The notes beneath the pieces are model-generated. The model had not been told where the DNA came from. It worked only from the letters and a program-made list of their open reading frames with translations, and did no database searches. A stretch of DNA of 64,000 nucleotides. It comes from an uncultured Actinomycetota bacterium. GTDB lineage: Bacteria; Actinomycetota; Actinomycetes; JAFAQI01. Made by a program: the position numbers and the translations under genes. This document shows, piece by piece, positions 20,779-32,887 of this stretch. The first letter of the stretch is position 1. Every line of letters starts with the position of its first letter. The stretch is from the NCBI GenBank assembly GCA_963770565.1, contig CAVYQE010000001.1, positions 96,001 to 160,000 on the forward strand. The letters run 5' to 3'.

Positions 20779-23364
20779 ATGAGCTTGGCCATCTTCTCTC
20801 CCGGCGCGTCGGAATCGATCGATCTGTTTGGCGGCTATCAGCCGCTGCCGGGGATTTACGACGAGACATTCGCCGCGCCCGGCGAACTGCGCCCCTGGTG
20901 GCGGCCGTTCGTCGAGTCGATGAACGCGATGGGGCCAGCCGAATTGGGCCGCCGCTGGGAGCAAGCGCAGCGGCTGATTCGCGAAAACGGCGTCACCTAC
21001 AACGTGCATGGCGATCCCCAAGGGAAAGACCGTCCCTGGGAACTCGACGCCATTCCGCTGCTCTTGCCGGCTGCCGAATGGAGCGGCTTGGCGACCGGCC
21101 TCATCCAGCGCGCCCGGCTGCTGAATCTGATTCTGGCCGACGTTTATGGCCCGCAGTCGCTCGTGGCCGAGGGGCATCTGCCGCCGGAGTTGGTGTTCGG
21201 GCATACGGGGTTTCTCCGCCCCTGTCATCGGATTCCCGTGCCCGAGCAAACGCACCTGCATCTCCATGCCGTGCATTTGGCGCGGTCGGCCGACAACGGC
21301 GGTTGGCATGTCCTGTCGGACCGCACGCAGACCCCCTCGGGCGCCGGTTATGCCGTCGAGAATCGGATCGTGATCTCGCGGATGCTGCCGAACAAATTTC
21401 GCGATTGCCGGGTGCAGCGACTGGCGTCGTTTTTCCTGGCGGTCCGCGAAACTCTGCACGGCTTGGCCCAGCGTCATCGCGAGAATCCGCGGATCGTGCT
21501 GCTCAGCCCCGGTCCGAAAAGCCCCACCTATTTCGAAGACGCCTATTTGGCCCGCTATCTGGGATACACGCTGGTCGAAGGGGGGGATCTGACGGTCCGC
21601 GACAACCGCGTCTATCTCAAGACGCTGGGCGGACTGATTCAAGTCGACGTGCTGTTCCGCCGCGTGCCCGACGAGCAATGCGATCCGCTCGAACTCCGCG
21701 GCGATTCGCTGGCCGGGGTGCCCGGCTTGCTCCAGGCGGTGCGCGGGGGCCACGTCGTCGTGGCCAATTCGCTGGGAAGCGGGCTCCTCGAAGCGCCGGC
21801 CCTGTTGGCGTTTCTGCCGGAACTCGCGCGGCGGCTCATCGGCGAGGAATTGCGGATTCCCTCGGTCGCCACCTGGTGGTGCGGGCGGCCGGCCGATCTC
21901 GATCACGTGCTGCACAACATCGAGCACCTGGTCATCAAGCCGGCGTTCAATCTGGCGCGGGCCAGGCCGATCGTCGGCGGCCAACTGTGCCGCGGCGAAT
22001 TGAGCGAATTGGTCGACCGGATCAAGGCCCGGCCGCGGCTCTATGTCGGTCAGCAATGGATCACGCGCTCGACCGCCCCGGTGATGACCGGCGCCGGCTT
22101 GCGGCCCTGGCATGTGGCGCTGCGGGCGTTTTTGGTCGCGGCCGAAGGGTCGTATCAAGTGATGCCCGGCGGGCTGACGCGCGTCTCCGCGGTCGGCGAT
22201 CGGTTGGGCGATTCGATGCTCGCCGGGGAGGGGAGCAAAGACGTGTGGGTGCTTTCCGAAGGGCCGGTCGCGGCGGTGAGCCTGCTCCAATCGCCCGACA
22301 CGCCCATTCCTTTGCGCCGCAGCGGCAACGATCTGCCCAGCCGCGTGGCCGACAATCTCTATTGGCTCGGCCGGCACGTCGAGCGGGCCGAAGCCGCCGT
22401 CCGTCTGTTGCGGGCGATCATTCTGCGGCTCACCAGCGAATCGGAGCCGGCCAATTTGCCGGAGCTGCCTTCGCTGTTGCGGGCGCTGGCCGAGCAGGGA
22501 CAGATTCGGCCGGAGTTCGTGGTTCCCGCGGCGGGCCAGGAGACGCCGCTGGCGGATATGGAGATTCTGGCTTTCATCTTCGATCCGCAGCGGACGGGGA
22601 GCCTGCGGACGACGGTCGATGCGATGCGGCACGTGGCCTCGATCGTGCGCGATCGAATTTCGCTCGATAGCTGGCGCGTGTTGAGCCGCGTCGAGCAGGA
22701 TTTCCTTTCGATTCAGAATCCGGCCGCGGTGCAATTGGGCGACGTGTTGGCGATGCTCAATCAGATGATCGTCGATCTGTCGGCGTTCAGCGGTTTGGGA
22801 ACGGAAAGCATGACGCGGGGCCCCGGCTGGCGGTTTCTCGACATGGGCCGGCGCATCGAGCGCGCCCAACATACGATCAGCCTGCTGCGCAACACACTCA
22901 TCGACGACGGGCACGACGAAAACCCGGTGCTCGAGGCGCTGCTCGAAATTGCCGATAGCTCGATGACCTATCGCAACCGCTATTTGACGACGCTTCGGCT
23001 CGCTCCGTTGCTCGATCTATTGATGACCGACGAGACGAATCCGCGGAGCGTGAGTTTTCAGCTTGTCGCCCTGGCTGGACACGTCGAGAATCTGCCGCGC
23101 GATCGGTCGGAGCCGCTGCTGACGCTCGAACAGCGGATGATGCTGGGCGTCTTGACGAACTTGCGGCTGGCCGATATCGATCAGCTCGGCCAATTGGATC
23201 GCGACGGCGCCCGCCGGCATCTCGATCGCTTGCTCAGCCGCCTGGCCCAGCAACTCCGGACCCTTTCCGACGGCATTACGCATCAGTATCTCGTTCACGC
23301 CGGGCCCTCGCGGCAACTCGCCGAAATCCGGCCCAGCGCGGCGTTGCCGCGGGACACCGAGTGA
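20779..23364 (+). CDS. Circularly permuted type 2 ATP-grasp fused to alpha-E domain
   Basis: 'ENGVTYNV', 'DRTQTPSGAGYAVENR', 'LVEGGDLTVRD', 'VMPGGLTRV', 'GSKDVWV', then alpha-E 'LPSRVADNLYWLGRHVERAE', 'GRRIER', 'NPRSVSFQL'. Confidence 0.93.
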   Translation: MSLAIFSPGASESIDLFGGYQPLPGIYDETFAAPGELRPWWRPFVESMNAMGPAELGRRWEQAQRLIRENGVTYNVHGDPQGKDRPWELDAIPLLLPAAEWSGLATGLIQRARLLNLILADVYGPQSLVAEGHLPPELVFGHTGFLRPCHRIPVPEQTHLHLHAVHLARSADNGGWHVLSDRTQTPSGAGYAVENRIVISRMLPNKFRDCRVQRLASFFLAVRETLHGLAQRHRENPRIVLLSPGPKSPTYFEDAYLARYLGYTLVEGGDLTVRDNRVYLKTLGGLIQVDVLFRRVPDEQCDPLELRGDSLAGVPGLLQAVRGGHVVVANSLGSGLLEAPALLAFLPELARRLIGEELRIPSVATWWCGRPADLDHVLHNIEHLVIKPAFNLARARPIVGGQLCRGELSELVDRIKARPRLYVGQQWITRSTAPVMTGAGLRPWHVALRAFLVAAEGSYQVMPGGLTRVSAVGDRLGDSMLAGEGSKDVWVLSEGPVAAVSLLQSPDTPIPLRRSGNDLPSRVADNLYWLGRHVERAEAAVRLLRAIILRLTSESEPANLPELPSLLRALAEQGQIRPEFVVPAAGQETPLADMEILAFIFDPQRTGSLRTTVDAMRHVASIVRDRISLDSWRVLSRVEQDFLSIQNPAAVQLGDVLAMLNQMIVDLSAFSGLGTESMTRGPGWRFLDMGRRIERAQHTISLLRNTLIDDGHDENPVLEALLEIADSSMTYRNRYLTTLRLAPLLDLLMTDETNPRSVSFQLVALAGHVENLPRDRSEPLLTLEQRMMLGVLTNLRLADIDQLGQLDRDGARRHLDRLLSRLAQQLRTLSDGITHQYLVHAGPSRQLAEIRPSAALPRDTE

Positions 23365-23416
23365 CCGTGTGTGACACTGGCCGACCCCCGACCCCCGACC
23401 CCCGACCGCCGACCTA

Positions 23417-23620
23417 GGCTGTGAAAAATGCTCGATTTGTTGCGGTGCCGGGATGGGGTGGTTTGGTTGGTTTCTGTTCCGTCCACGTCCTCGCGCAATT
23501 CCGACGCCGAGATGGCATGAAATTCATCCCGATAGGGATGAACGAACGTTGCGCAGCGCGCTCGACGGAACAAAAACGGCATAAAATCGGATGCGGTCGG
23601 CAATCTCATTTTTCACAGCC
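23417..23620. mobile_element. GGCTGTG-ended MITE (copy C, minimal) inside a CCCCGAC tract
   Basis: GGCTGTGAAAAATG ... CATTTTTCACAGCC 14-bp TIR; central CATCCCGATAGGGATG palindrome. Confidence 0.85.
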
Positions 23621-23712
23621 GACCCCGACCCCGACCCCCGACCCCCGACCCCCGACCCCCGACCCCTGACCTCCGACCCCCGACCCCTGACCCCTGACCT
23701 CCGACCCACCCC

Positions 23713-24597
23713 ATGGATTACAAAATCACGCATACGACCGTCTATTCCTACAGCGAGACGGTGCCGATCTGCCATAATGAAGTGCATCTCACGCCGCGCG
23801 AGCATCCGCGCCAAAAGCGCTTGGCCAATCGCTTGACCGTCCGCCCGCAGCCCGCCACGATCGAGAGCTTGCTCGATTATTTCGGCAATCCGGTGAGCCG
23901 ATTCGCGATCGAGACGGGGCACGAACGGTTGACGGTGGCGGCCACGAGTCGCGTGCGTGTGAGCGAGCCGGCGCCGCCGCCGGCCGGCGGCATGGCATGG
24001 GAAGCGGCGCGCGACCGATTGGCCGCCGATCGCAGTCCGTCGCTGCTCGAAGCCTGCCAATTCGCCTTCGATTCGCCGCACGTGACGACCTCGGCCGAGT
24101 TGGCCACTTATGCGGGGCAATCGTTCGGGCCGGGACGAGGCTGGCTCGACGGGCTGTTGGATTTGACGAGCCGCATTCACCGCGAGTTTCGCTACGATCA
24201 AACGGCCACGACAGTGAGCACTCCGCTCGACGAAGTGCTACGGCTGCGACGCGGCGTGTGTCAGGATTTCGCCCATTTCGAGATCGGCTGCCTACGGTCG
24301 CTGGGACTCGCGGCCCGATATGTCAGCGGCTATCTTGTCACTTCGTCGCCGCCGGGGCAGCCGCGGCTGATCGGGGCCGACGCTTCGCACGCCTGGATTG
24401 CCGCATTTTCGCCGGAGCACGGCTGGATCGACGTCGATCCGACGAACGATCAAATCCCCTCGACCAAGCACATCACGCTCGCCTGGGGGCGCGATTATAG
24501 CGACGTCGCGCCCATCAAAGGGGTGTTCATCGGCGGCGGCCGGCATGGCATGAGCGTTTCGGTCGATGTCGCGCCGCTCTCGGCCGACGAGGGCTGA
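23713..24597 (+). CDS. Transglutaminase-family protein
   Basis: 'YKITHTTVYSY', catalytic motifs 'GVCQDFAH', 'ARYVSGY', 'ASHAW', 'DPTN', 'GRDYSDVAP'. Confidence 0.95.
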   Translation: MDYKITHTTVYSYSETVPICHNEVHLTPREHPRQKRLANRLTVRPQPATIESLLDYFGNPVSRFAIETGHERLTVAATSRVRVSEPAPPPAGGMAWEAARDRLAADRSPSLLEACQFAFDSPHVTTSAELATYAGQSFGPGRGWLDGLLDLTSRIHREFRYDQTATTVSTPLDEVLRLRRGVCQDFAHFEIGCLRSLGLAARYVSGYLVTSSPPGQPRLIGADASHAWIAAFSPEHGWIDVDPTNDQIPSTKHITLAWGRDYSDVAPIKGVFIGGGRHGMSVSVDVAPLSADEG

Positions 24598-24737
24598 ATC
24601 TCCGCGACGCGCGAGCGAACGGCAACGGCGATATTCGATCGGCGGGCGGTCCGCTACAATGAGCCGGCGGCGCCGCCGCCGTCGGCGCCGCCGCCGAATT
24701 CCGTTTGCTCCCACGCACCCCTGTCTGCCCTCCGCCG

Positions 24738-25646
24738 ATGCCCACGAATGCCGCCGAAGCCGATGCCCTGCGTTGGAAAAAATTCCCCGTGCTCGACGAC
24801 GGGTTCGTCTGCCTGGTCGACGTGATGGGAGACGACCAATCGGTCGTGCAGGCGGCCCGCGTGAGCTACGGCGAGGGGACGCGGAAGGTTTCCGACGATC
24901 GGGGGCTGATCCGCTATCTGATGCGGCACCGGCATTCGACGCCGTTCGAAATGGCCGAGATCAAATTCCTGGTCCGCGTGCCGATGGATTGCTGGCGGCA
25001 ATGGATTCGGCATCGCACGGCCAACGTCAATGAATACAGCACCCGCTACTCGCTGGCGATCGACGCCGCCCAGGCGACGACACCCGATCAATGGCGGAGC
25101 CAAGCCGCCGCGAACCGCCAGGGAAGCGGCGCGGCGTTGGACGCGGCCCTCGGCGAGAGTTTATCGGCCGCCGAGGCGCGAGTTTCAAACCCGCGCCCGC
25201 GAGTTGTACGAACAGCGGATCAACGCCGGCGTCGCCCGCGAGCAAGCCCGCAAGGATTTGCCGCTGGCCACGTACACCGAGGCGTATTGGAAGATCGACT
25301 TGCACAACCTGCTGCATTTCCTGTCGCTGCGAATGGACTGCGCATGCCCAATTGGAAATCCGCGACTATGCCGCGACGATCGGCGAGCAGATTCTCCGCC
25401 CGCTGTTCCCGCTGGTGTGGGAGGCGTTCGTCGATTATCGCCTGGAGGCGATGTTCTTGACGCGGCTCGATCGCGAGGTGATCGCGCGGCTGATCGCAGC
25501 GTCTGGCGACCGCGGGCCGAGCACTGCCAACGACGAAGATTTCATGGCCGTGCAGGACTCCACCTGGCTGCGATCTCACCCGCTGCCGCGAGCGGGATGA
25601 ATGTCGCGAAAAGCTGGTACAGCTTGGCTTGATGCAAGACCAGTAA
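24738..25646 (+). CDS. thyX: FAD-dependent thymidylate synthase (frameshifted)
   Basis: 'QAARVSYG', 'HSTPFEM', '[18 protein letters not shown]', 'REQARKDLP', 'NLLHFLSLR', 'HAQLEIR'. Confidence 0.93.
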
Positions 25647-25679
25647 TGATCTGGTATGATTGAGTGTGGGGAGGCGTAT

Positions 25680-25928
25680 ATGAACCTAATTCTCAACCTG
25701 CCGCCGGAAACCGAAGCCAGACTTCGCCTCGTCTCCGTGCAATCCGGGAAAGCGCCGGAGGCCTTGGCCTTGGAAGCACTCGATGAGAAACTTTGCGGCG
25801 AATCCGGCTTGAAGCCAACGATTCCCCACGACGAATGGCTGCGGCACTTCGACGCCTGGGTGAGCAGCCTCACATCGCGGAATCCGCAGGTTGATGATTC
25901 GCGTGAGAGCATCTATCCGGATCGCTGA
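25680..25928 (+). CDS. Putative type II antitoxin (VapB-like, ribbon-helix-helix start)
   Basis: 'MNLILNLPPETEARL' N-terminus and 'DDSRESIY' C-terminus, typical of antitoxins preceding PIN toxins; GGAGG RBS. Confidence 0.6.
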   Translation: MNLILNLPPETEARLRLVSVQSGKAPEALALEALDEKLCGESGLKPTIPHDEWLRHFDAWVSSLTSRNPQVDDSRESIYPDR

Positions 25929-25930
25929 TA

Positions 25931-25978
25931 ATGCTTGTTCCGGCTGACACAAACGGTCTCTTGTTGCCAGCCGCCTAG
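25931..25978 (+). pseudogene. Truncated VapC/PIN toxin stub
   Basis: ATG 2 nt after the antitoxin stop encodes MLVPADTNGLLLPAA*, matching the PIN first strand 'xxxDTNxL', then stops. Confidence 0.45.
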
Positions 25979-26040
25979 AATAACTGCAAAGCACAGTCGT
26001 GTGATCGTTCTGTCTCCAGCCCAAAAACGGGATCAATCTG

Positions 26041-26706
26041 ATGAATTATCGCGATTGGACCGACCGCGTGCGCTTGTTCTCTGAATCATTGCGAAGACTT
26101 CCCGGGGACATTGAAGTGTCCATAGAGATCGCGCCACCCGTTTCCCAGCGCGAACTCGACGAACTCTCGCCAAAGTGGCCGACGGGAATTCCGGAATCCT
26201 TGCGCAAGCTGTGGACCGAAGGTTCTGCGCAGATCAATTGCCCGTATTACTGGGAGCCACCCAGCTACCAGCTTGCTGAGTTGAAAAGCGTCTTCGACTA
26301 CAACAACTACATTTACGGGGGCGCTCGATTCTATCCCCCCAACGAGGTTTTTCCAGGCAATTCTGGAGCCGAGATTGACGATCTGCTAGTTCGCGAAACG
26401 CTTGGCAAATTCGGACAGGAGCTGTGGTGCCGCTCCGCCGTCTTTCTGCACGTGGGCAATGGGGATTGCCTTGGTCTCGATCCCGAGAGCAATTCGGTCG
26501 ATCCTAGAGTTGCGTACTTGCTCCACGACGGCGAGGAAACCGACTATATTGCCGATTCCTTTTCCGAGTTCCTGGCAACGTGGGAGGAGGTCTCTTACAT
26601 CGGCCCTGAAATCTGGCTGCTGGATTATTGGATCGATCCCGCCACGCAGCGGATTGATCCGAATCGTTACAAGACCGGCACACTTCGTAAACTGCTGACG
26701 CCGTAG
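26041..26706 (+). CDS. SMI1/KNR4 (SUKH) family protein
   Basis: 'PPVSQREL..L.......IPESLRKLW', 'GNGDCLGLD', 'V.YLLHDGE....IADSFSEFL'; lower GC. Confidence 0.8.
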   Translation: MNYRDWTDRVRLFSESLRRLPGDIEVSIEIAPPVSQRELDELSPKWPTGIPESLRKLWTEGSAQINCPYYWEPPSYQLAELKSVFDYNNYIYGGARFYPPNEVFPGNSGAEIDDLLVRETLGKFGQELWCRSAVFLHVGNGDCLGLDPESNSVDPRVAYLLHDGEETDYIADSFSEFLATWEEVSYIGPEIWLLDYWIDPATQRIDPNRYKTGTLRKLLTP

Positions 26707-26785
26707 TCCTGACTGTGCGCATTGTCGCTGTCGGTTCAATTCCGATCGAGTCATAAATTCCAAATTGCGCACTCATCGTTCGTTC

Positions 26786-28288
26786 ATGCCCCGCTACATC
26801 CTCGCTCTCGATCAAGGCACGAGTTCCAGTCGGGCGATCGTGTTCGGGCATGATGGCCGGGAGGTGGCGCAGGCGCAGCAGGAGTTTCCGCAGATTTTGC
26901 CCGCGCCGGGGATCGTCGAGCATGATCCGGAGGCGATTTGGTCTTCGCAATTGATGGTCGCTCGCGAGGCGATGCATCGCGGCGGCGTGGCGGCGGCCGA
27001 TCTGGCGGCGATCGGCGTGACGAATCAGCGCGAGACGACCATTCTATGGGAACGCGATAGCGGCCGGCCGGTGGCCAATGCCATCGTCTGGCAAAGCCGC
27101 GTCACCGCCCCCGAGTGCGAGCGGCTCAAGGCTCAGGGGCTCGAGACGCTGTTTCGCGAAAAGACCGGTTTGGTGCTCGACGCCTATTTTTCGGGAACCA
27201 AGATCAAGCATCTCCTCGATGCCGACGCCGGCCTGCGCCGCCGGGCCGAGGCGGGCGAGATTCTGTTCGGCACCGTCGATTCGTTTCTCATCTGGCGGCT
27301 CAGCGGCGGGCGGCGGCATGTGACCGACGTGAGCAACGCCAGCCGCACGCTGATCTTCAACATCCACACGCTCGATTGGGACGAAGAACTGCTCGCCCTG
27401 CTCGCCATCCCGCGACAGATGCTGCCCGAAGTGCGCCCCTCGAGCGAAGTTTACTGTCGCGCCGCGGCCGAATGGCTCGGCGCCGAGGTGCCGATCGGCG
27501 GTTGCGCCGGCGATCAACAGGCCGCGACATTCGGACAAGCTTGTTTTGAAATCGGCGCCGCCAAGAACACCTATGGCACCGGCTGCTTTCTGTTGCTCAA
27601 CACGGGCCCCCGCCCCGTCGCCTCGGCCAGCGGCCTGCTCACGACGATCGGTTGGCAGATCGGCGGCCGAACGACGTATTGCCTGGAGGGTTCGGTGTTC
27701 ATCGCCGGGGCGGCGGTCCAGTGGCTTCGCGATGGGCTGGGGTTGATTCGCAATTCGGCGGAGATCGGGCCGCTCGCGGCGTCGGTTCCCGACGCCGGAG
27801 GAGTCGTCTTCGTGCCCGCGCTGGTCGGGCTCGGCGCGCCCTATTGGGATCCCTATGCCCGTGGGACGATCCTCGGCTTGAGCCGCGGCACGACCGCCGC
27901 GCACTTGGCGCGGGCGGCGGTCGAGGCGATGGCTTTTCAGACGCGCGATTTGCTCGAAGCGATGCAGCACGACGCCGGCGTCAGGCTGGCCCAGTTGAAA
28001 GTGGATGGCGGGGCGAGCGTCAACGATGACCTCCTGCAATTTCAGGCCGACTTGCTCGCTGTCGATGTGCTGCGGCCGGTCGTGGCCGAGACGACGGCGC
28101 TTGGGGCCGCGTATCTGGCGGGGTTGGCCGTCGGCTATTGGGACAATCTCGAGGATGTCGCGCGGAATTGGCTGCTCGAGCGGCGGTTCGCTCCGGCGAT
28201 GGCGGCCGAGTTGCGAGAGCGGCGCTATCGGGAGTGGCGACGAGGCGTCGAGCGGGCGCGAGCTTGGGCGGTGGATGAGGAGATTTGA
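26786..28288 (+). CDS. glpK: Glycerol kinase
   Basis: '[10 protein letters not shown]', 'GVTNQRET', 'YFSGTK', 'GDQQAA', 'KNTYGTG', 'VDGGA', 'ETTALGAA'. Confidence 0.97.
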   Translation: MPRYILALDQGTSSSRAIVFGHDGREVAQAQQEFPQILPAPGIVEHDPEAIWSSQLMVAREAMHRGGVAAADLAAIGVTNQRETTILWERDSGRPVANAIVWQSRVTAPECERLKAQGLETLFREKTGLVLDAYFSGTKIKHLLDADAGLRRRAEAGEILFGTVDSFLIWRLSGGRRHVTDVSNASRTLIFNIHTLDWDEELLALLAIPRQMLPEVRPSSEVYCRAAAEWLGAEVPIGGCAGDQQAATFGQACFEIGAAKNTYGTGCFLLLNTGPRPVASASGLLTTIGWQIGGRTTYCLEGSVFIAGAAVQWLRDGLGLIRNSAEIGPLAASVPDAGGVVFVPALVGLGAPYWDPYARGTILGLSRGTTAAHLARAAVEAMAFQTRDLLEAMQHDAGVRLAQLKVDGGASVNDDLLQFQADLLAVDVLRPVVAETTALGAAYLAGLAVGYWDNLEDVARNWLLERRFAPAMAAELRERRYREWRRGVERARAWAVDEEI

Positions 28289-28340
28289 GATTTGAGATTT
28301 GAGATTTGAGATTTCAGATTTGAGATTTGAGATTTGAAAT
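28281..28340. repeat. (AGATTTG)n heptamer tract overlapping the glpK stop
   Basis: About eight tandem copies read directly. Confidence 0.9.
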
Positions 28341-28672
28341 CCGAATCCGGATCGGGTGAAAATCGTTCGCACATTCCTCTTGCGGGCCGGCCGGCGTCGC
28401 CGCAAAATAGTGTTGCTGCTCATGTCTCAAGCGCTTTCCGCGATAGCTTCCCTGGCAGGAGTTTTCGATGAAGAGCTTGTCGAAGTCGCTGCGGTCGGTG
28501 GCCGCTGTTCTGAAGCGATTCTTGGGCGGGCACAGGGGCAAGCGATTGCCCTCGGATTTGCCCCCCAATTCCGTGCCGCGCACGCCTGTCATCCAGCCGG
28601 TCGGCGATCGGCAGCGGGTTTGGTCGGCTCGAAAGAGATATTGAGCCGGGGGGAGCGGGAGCATTCGCGCCG

Positions 28673-28855
28673 GGAGCCTGTCGAAGAACCGGCCGCAGCG
28701 AGATGGTGCTCGCCGCGAAAGGGGTCGGGAGTCGATTTCGCCCGCTGAACGACCCGTAGTGCCAACCGGCGTCTTGGCGAAATCGACTCCCGACCCCCTT
28801 TGGGCAACGCCTGCGGGAAAACGAGCCAGACCGTTCCGGTTCTCGGACAGGTTCC
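28673..28855. mobile_element. GAGCCTGTC-ended MITE abutting the stop codon of the thioredoxin-YHS gene
   Basis: GGAGCCTGTCGAAGAACCGG ... CCGGTTCTCGGACAGGTTCC|TAG. Confidence 0.8.
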
Positions 28856-30076
28856 TAGCGGACGGCGGCGTGGGGCGGGTTTTCCGCTTGACGCACTTCC
28901 GCGGCGTAGCGACGCGGATTGTGTTGGAATCGTTCGAGCGTCTCGCCGTTGGCAAACAGATACATCCGTTTGTCGAAGAAGATGCCGAATTCGCGCCGGC
29001 CGCGAACCAATTGCCCCTTGTCGAAAGCCAGCACCGCGTCGTTGCCCGACAGCGCCGGCGCGAAGCGGTCGGGATTCGTCAGGAATCGCTTTTGCTCGCC
29101 CGGCCCGAGAAACAAATAGGTGATGCCGCGATGGACCACGCCCCACCGCGGATCGCCGCGAACCCAGCAGCGCGGATCGTCCGGCGCGGTATTCGACCGC
29201 TCGACGAGCGTCACCGGGCAGAAGCCATCCAGCCCTAGCGGCGGCGCGGCCGGCGGAATCGCCGGGCGGCCGACGACGAACTGCGGATGAACCGCCGCCC
29301 CGCGCGGCGCGGCGGCATACGAACTCGGCGGGGCATTGGCGGCCACCGCATGACTGGCTGGCGGTTGAGGCGGATTCGGCGCGGCAGCAACCGTCGCGGC
29401 CGGGGCCGTCGCGGCCGGCGTGGGGGCAATGCTCAGCGCCGACGGATTGGCCGCCGCATCGCGATTGAGATAGGCGGCGTAGTTGCTTTGCGAATAGACC
29501 GACATCCCGGCCGGATCGGCCACCGGCCCAGCCGCGGCGACGGCTGCCGGACCAGTCGCCACGGGTCGATAGGGGCTGCCCGCGGCGGCGGCCCGAGGTG
29601 GCTGAGTTTGTCGATTGGCAAACTGCCCGCCTGGCGGCGCGGCGGCCGCGGCGATGGCGTTTGCCGCCGCAGCCGCTTGATCGAGTTGAGCCAAATACTT
29701 GCCCGGGTCTTGTGGGCACCCGAGCCGGTAGAGCATGCGCCCGCCGGGCGTCATGATGACATCGGTGGGAAAGCAGCTCGATACCGTAGAGCCGCGAGGT
29801 CGCGGGATAATCGTCGGCATTGATTCGGACGGTCACGAAGCGGGCTTGCATGGCGCGTCCGACACCCGGCTTGGCGAAGACATTGGTTTCGAGTTTGCGG
29901 CAATAGATGCAATCGTTCATCACGAAATGAATCAGCACCAAGCGATGAGTTTGGGCCGCGACTTGCCGGGCCGTTTCGAGATTGGCCTCCCAATGCGGAC
30001 CTTCCTCGGCCGCCGCCAAGGAAATCAGCGGCACCAAGACGAGAATCGTCGACACCAACCACCGGCTTGCCCGCAT
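28855..30076 (-). CDS. Exported thioredoxin-like plus YHS-like domain protein (frameshift)
   Basis: Signal peptide, 'CIYC' thioredoxin-like domain, Ala/Pro linker, 'GLDGFCPVTL...TYLF...F..NPDRFAP' YHS-like repeats. Confidence 0.8.
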
Positions 30077-30307
30077 GGCGATACCCCGTGTTCCCTAGGT
30101 GGGGAGTTTGTTCGATGAAAAGCTTCAGAGTCCGTTATCGGGCGGGCAAGGTTGTCTGGTCGTATAAAAACTGCCGATTGTTCGGGAATTGTCGATTTCC
30201 CCTAATTGGTATGGGGTTGATGGGAATGGCCAAATGGCAAGCTCGGCAAGATCGACGGGTTGGAGAAAAAAGTTCGAAGTTTTGTGGCGATGGGCTCTAC
30301 GGACCGC

Positions 30308-30335
30308 TTGACATGGGCCGACAACTGACTATGAT
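30308..30335 (+). promoter_or_regulatory. Sigma70-type promoter ~870 bp upstream of rho
   Basis: TTGACA (30308-30313), 16 bp, TATGAT (30330-30335). Confidence 0.65.
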
Positions 30336-30340
30336 TGGGC

Positions 30341-30495
30341 GCAGATCGAGTTCTGACTAGCAGTTAAGCCTAGCAGTCAGGTGTAGCCAGTCGCTGCGGA
30401 ATCGAGCGACTGCCCCTCGCGACCGGAGGTCAACCCTTTGTGGGTCGCAAGGTGTCGGGGGAGTTAAAGACGCTTCTAATCTGATTCCTGCTCCC
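30341..30495 (+). ncRNA. Candidate structured RNA / rho leader
   Basis: Consecutive hairpins CTGACT/AGTCAG, CAGTCGCT/AGCGACTG, GCGACC/GGTCGC, GGTGTC/GACGCT right after the promoter; no family recognised. Confidence 0.4.
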
Positions 30496-31201
30496 GGCCG
30501 GCAATGTCTTGCTCCTGAGTTTTTTCTCCGGAAGCGAGCGAGTTGTTGGCGAGGTTGTTTCGGCATCGCATTTGCAAATCAATGCTGACGATGCCGACGC
30601 GGCTGGGCAGGTATCCCACGTTGGTCCGTGCCGGCCGAATGGATTTCGGCCTTGGGCATGGTCTGCCCGTGGCGGGTGAGGAGCGGTCCGCCATAGCGCT
30701 CGCTCTAGGCATCTTTGCCGGAATTTGCATACAGGTTATCAGTCTAAAGAGGCTGTTTTTCTCTCTTATTCCCGACAGCGCACCGTAGGAGTCCCGTAGC
30801 CAATTCGCTGGAATTCGATTGCCCAGGTTGCCCGAACCAGGGAATTTTTGCGAATTCCGCTACAAGGTGCGCTGTCGTATTAACAGGCTGGCCGATTCGC
30901 GCGCCTGTCGAGGCGACAGCCCTATCGCCGCCGAGAGACGGAGTGCGGTTTTTGGATCCGTCGGATGACGGCTAGTGTTCTCGTTTTCGCCTCGCGGCGA
31001 AATCGGCTGTTTTCGGACCGGATATCGTCGGTCTTTCATGCCAATCAAGGCTGCCGCAAGTTGGCCAGGCGACTGCTCGCGGGCGAAGGTTCGCGGGCGA
31101 AGTGCGCCTGCATCGTTGAATGCGCATGCAGAGTGTTTGTCGCGCTGCCAGGGTGGTGGTGTCGTATCTGTTTTCAAGGATCGGGTCTTCAGGTGAATTC
31201 C

Positions 31202-32584
<1,383 letters not shown>

Positions 32585-32724
32585 GCCGCGAACGGCGCAG
32601 CGGCGCAACTCCCCATCGGGAATCCGCTGCGACACTAGCCCGACGCGCCAGCGAGGGACCACGGCGTCGCCAGCGAGGGATCACCAAAGCGCCGGCAAGG
32701 AATTGCGATGGGCGGAATTCATTT

Positions 32725-32805
32725 TATTACAGAAAAACGAGCGGCAAAAAACAAGGAAGGAAGATCATCCGGCTTCGTCTTTTTGCCCCCCATTTTTGTC
32801 TTTTA
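32725..32805. repeat. GGCAAAAA...TTTTTGCC imperfect inverted repeat family
   Basis: Related copies at ~40440-40505 and ~41580-41662. Confidence 0.55.
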
Positions 32806-32887
32806 TTGCTCGACCTGGCCGATCGGTCCGGCGCTTCCATCGTCGGCTTGAATCGGGCGTCGGCGCCGCGACGATCCGACTCCCTCG

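Noticed and set aside
20665-22914. Long antisense ORFs (749 aa here; also 30860-32662, 35827-37437, 27044-28423)
   Set aside because: Shadow frames of well-supported genes in high-GC DNA; no recognisable motifs
28341-28670. Possible small gene between glpK and the MITE
   Set aside because: Overlapping ORFs on both strands with no motif or clear RBS; cannot support a call
30341-30495. Assignment of the rho-upstream RNA to tRNA, SRP, 6S or tmRNA
   Set aside because: No T-loop/CCA, no SRP GGAA-loop domain, no long 6S-like rod and no tmRNA ends recognisable by eye
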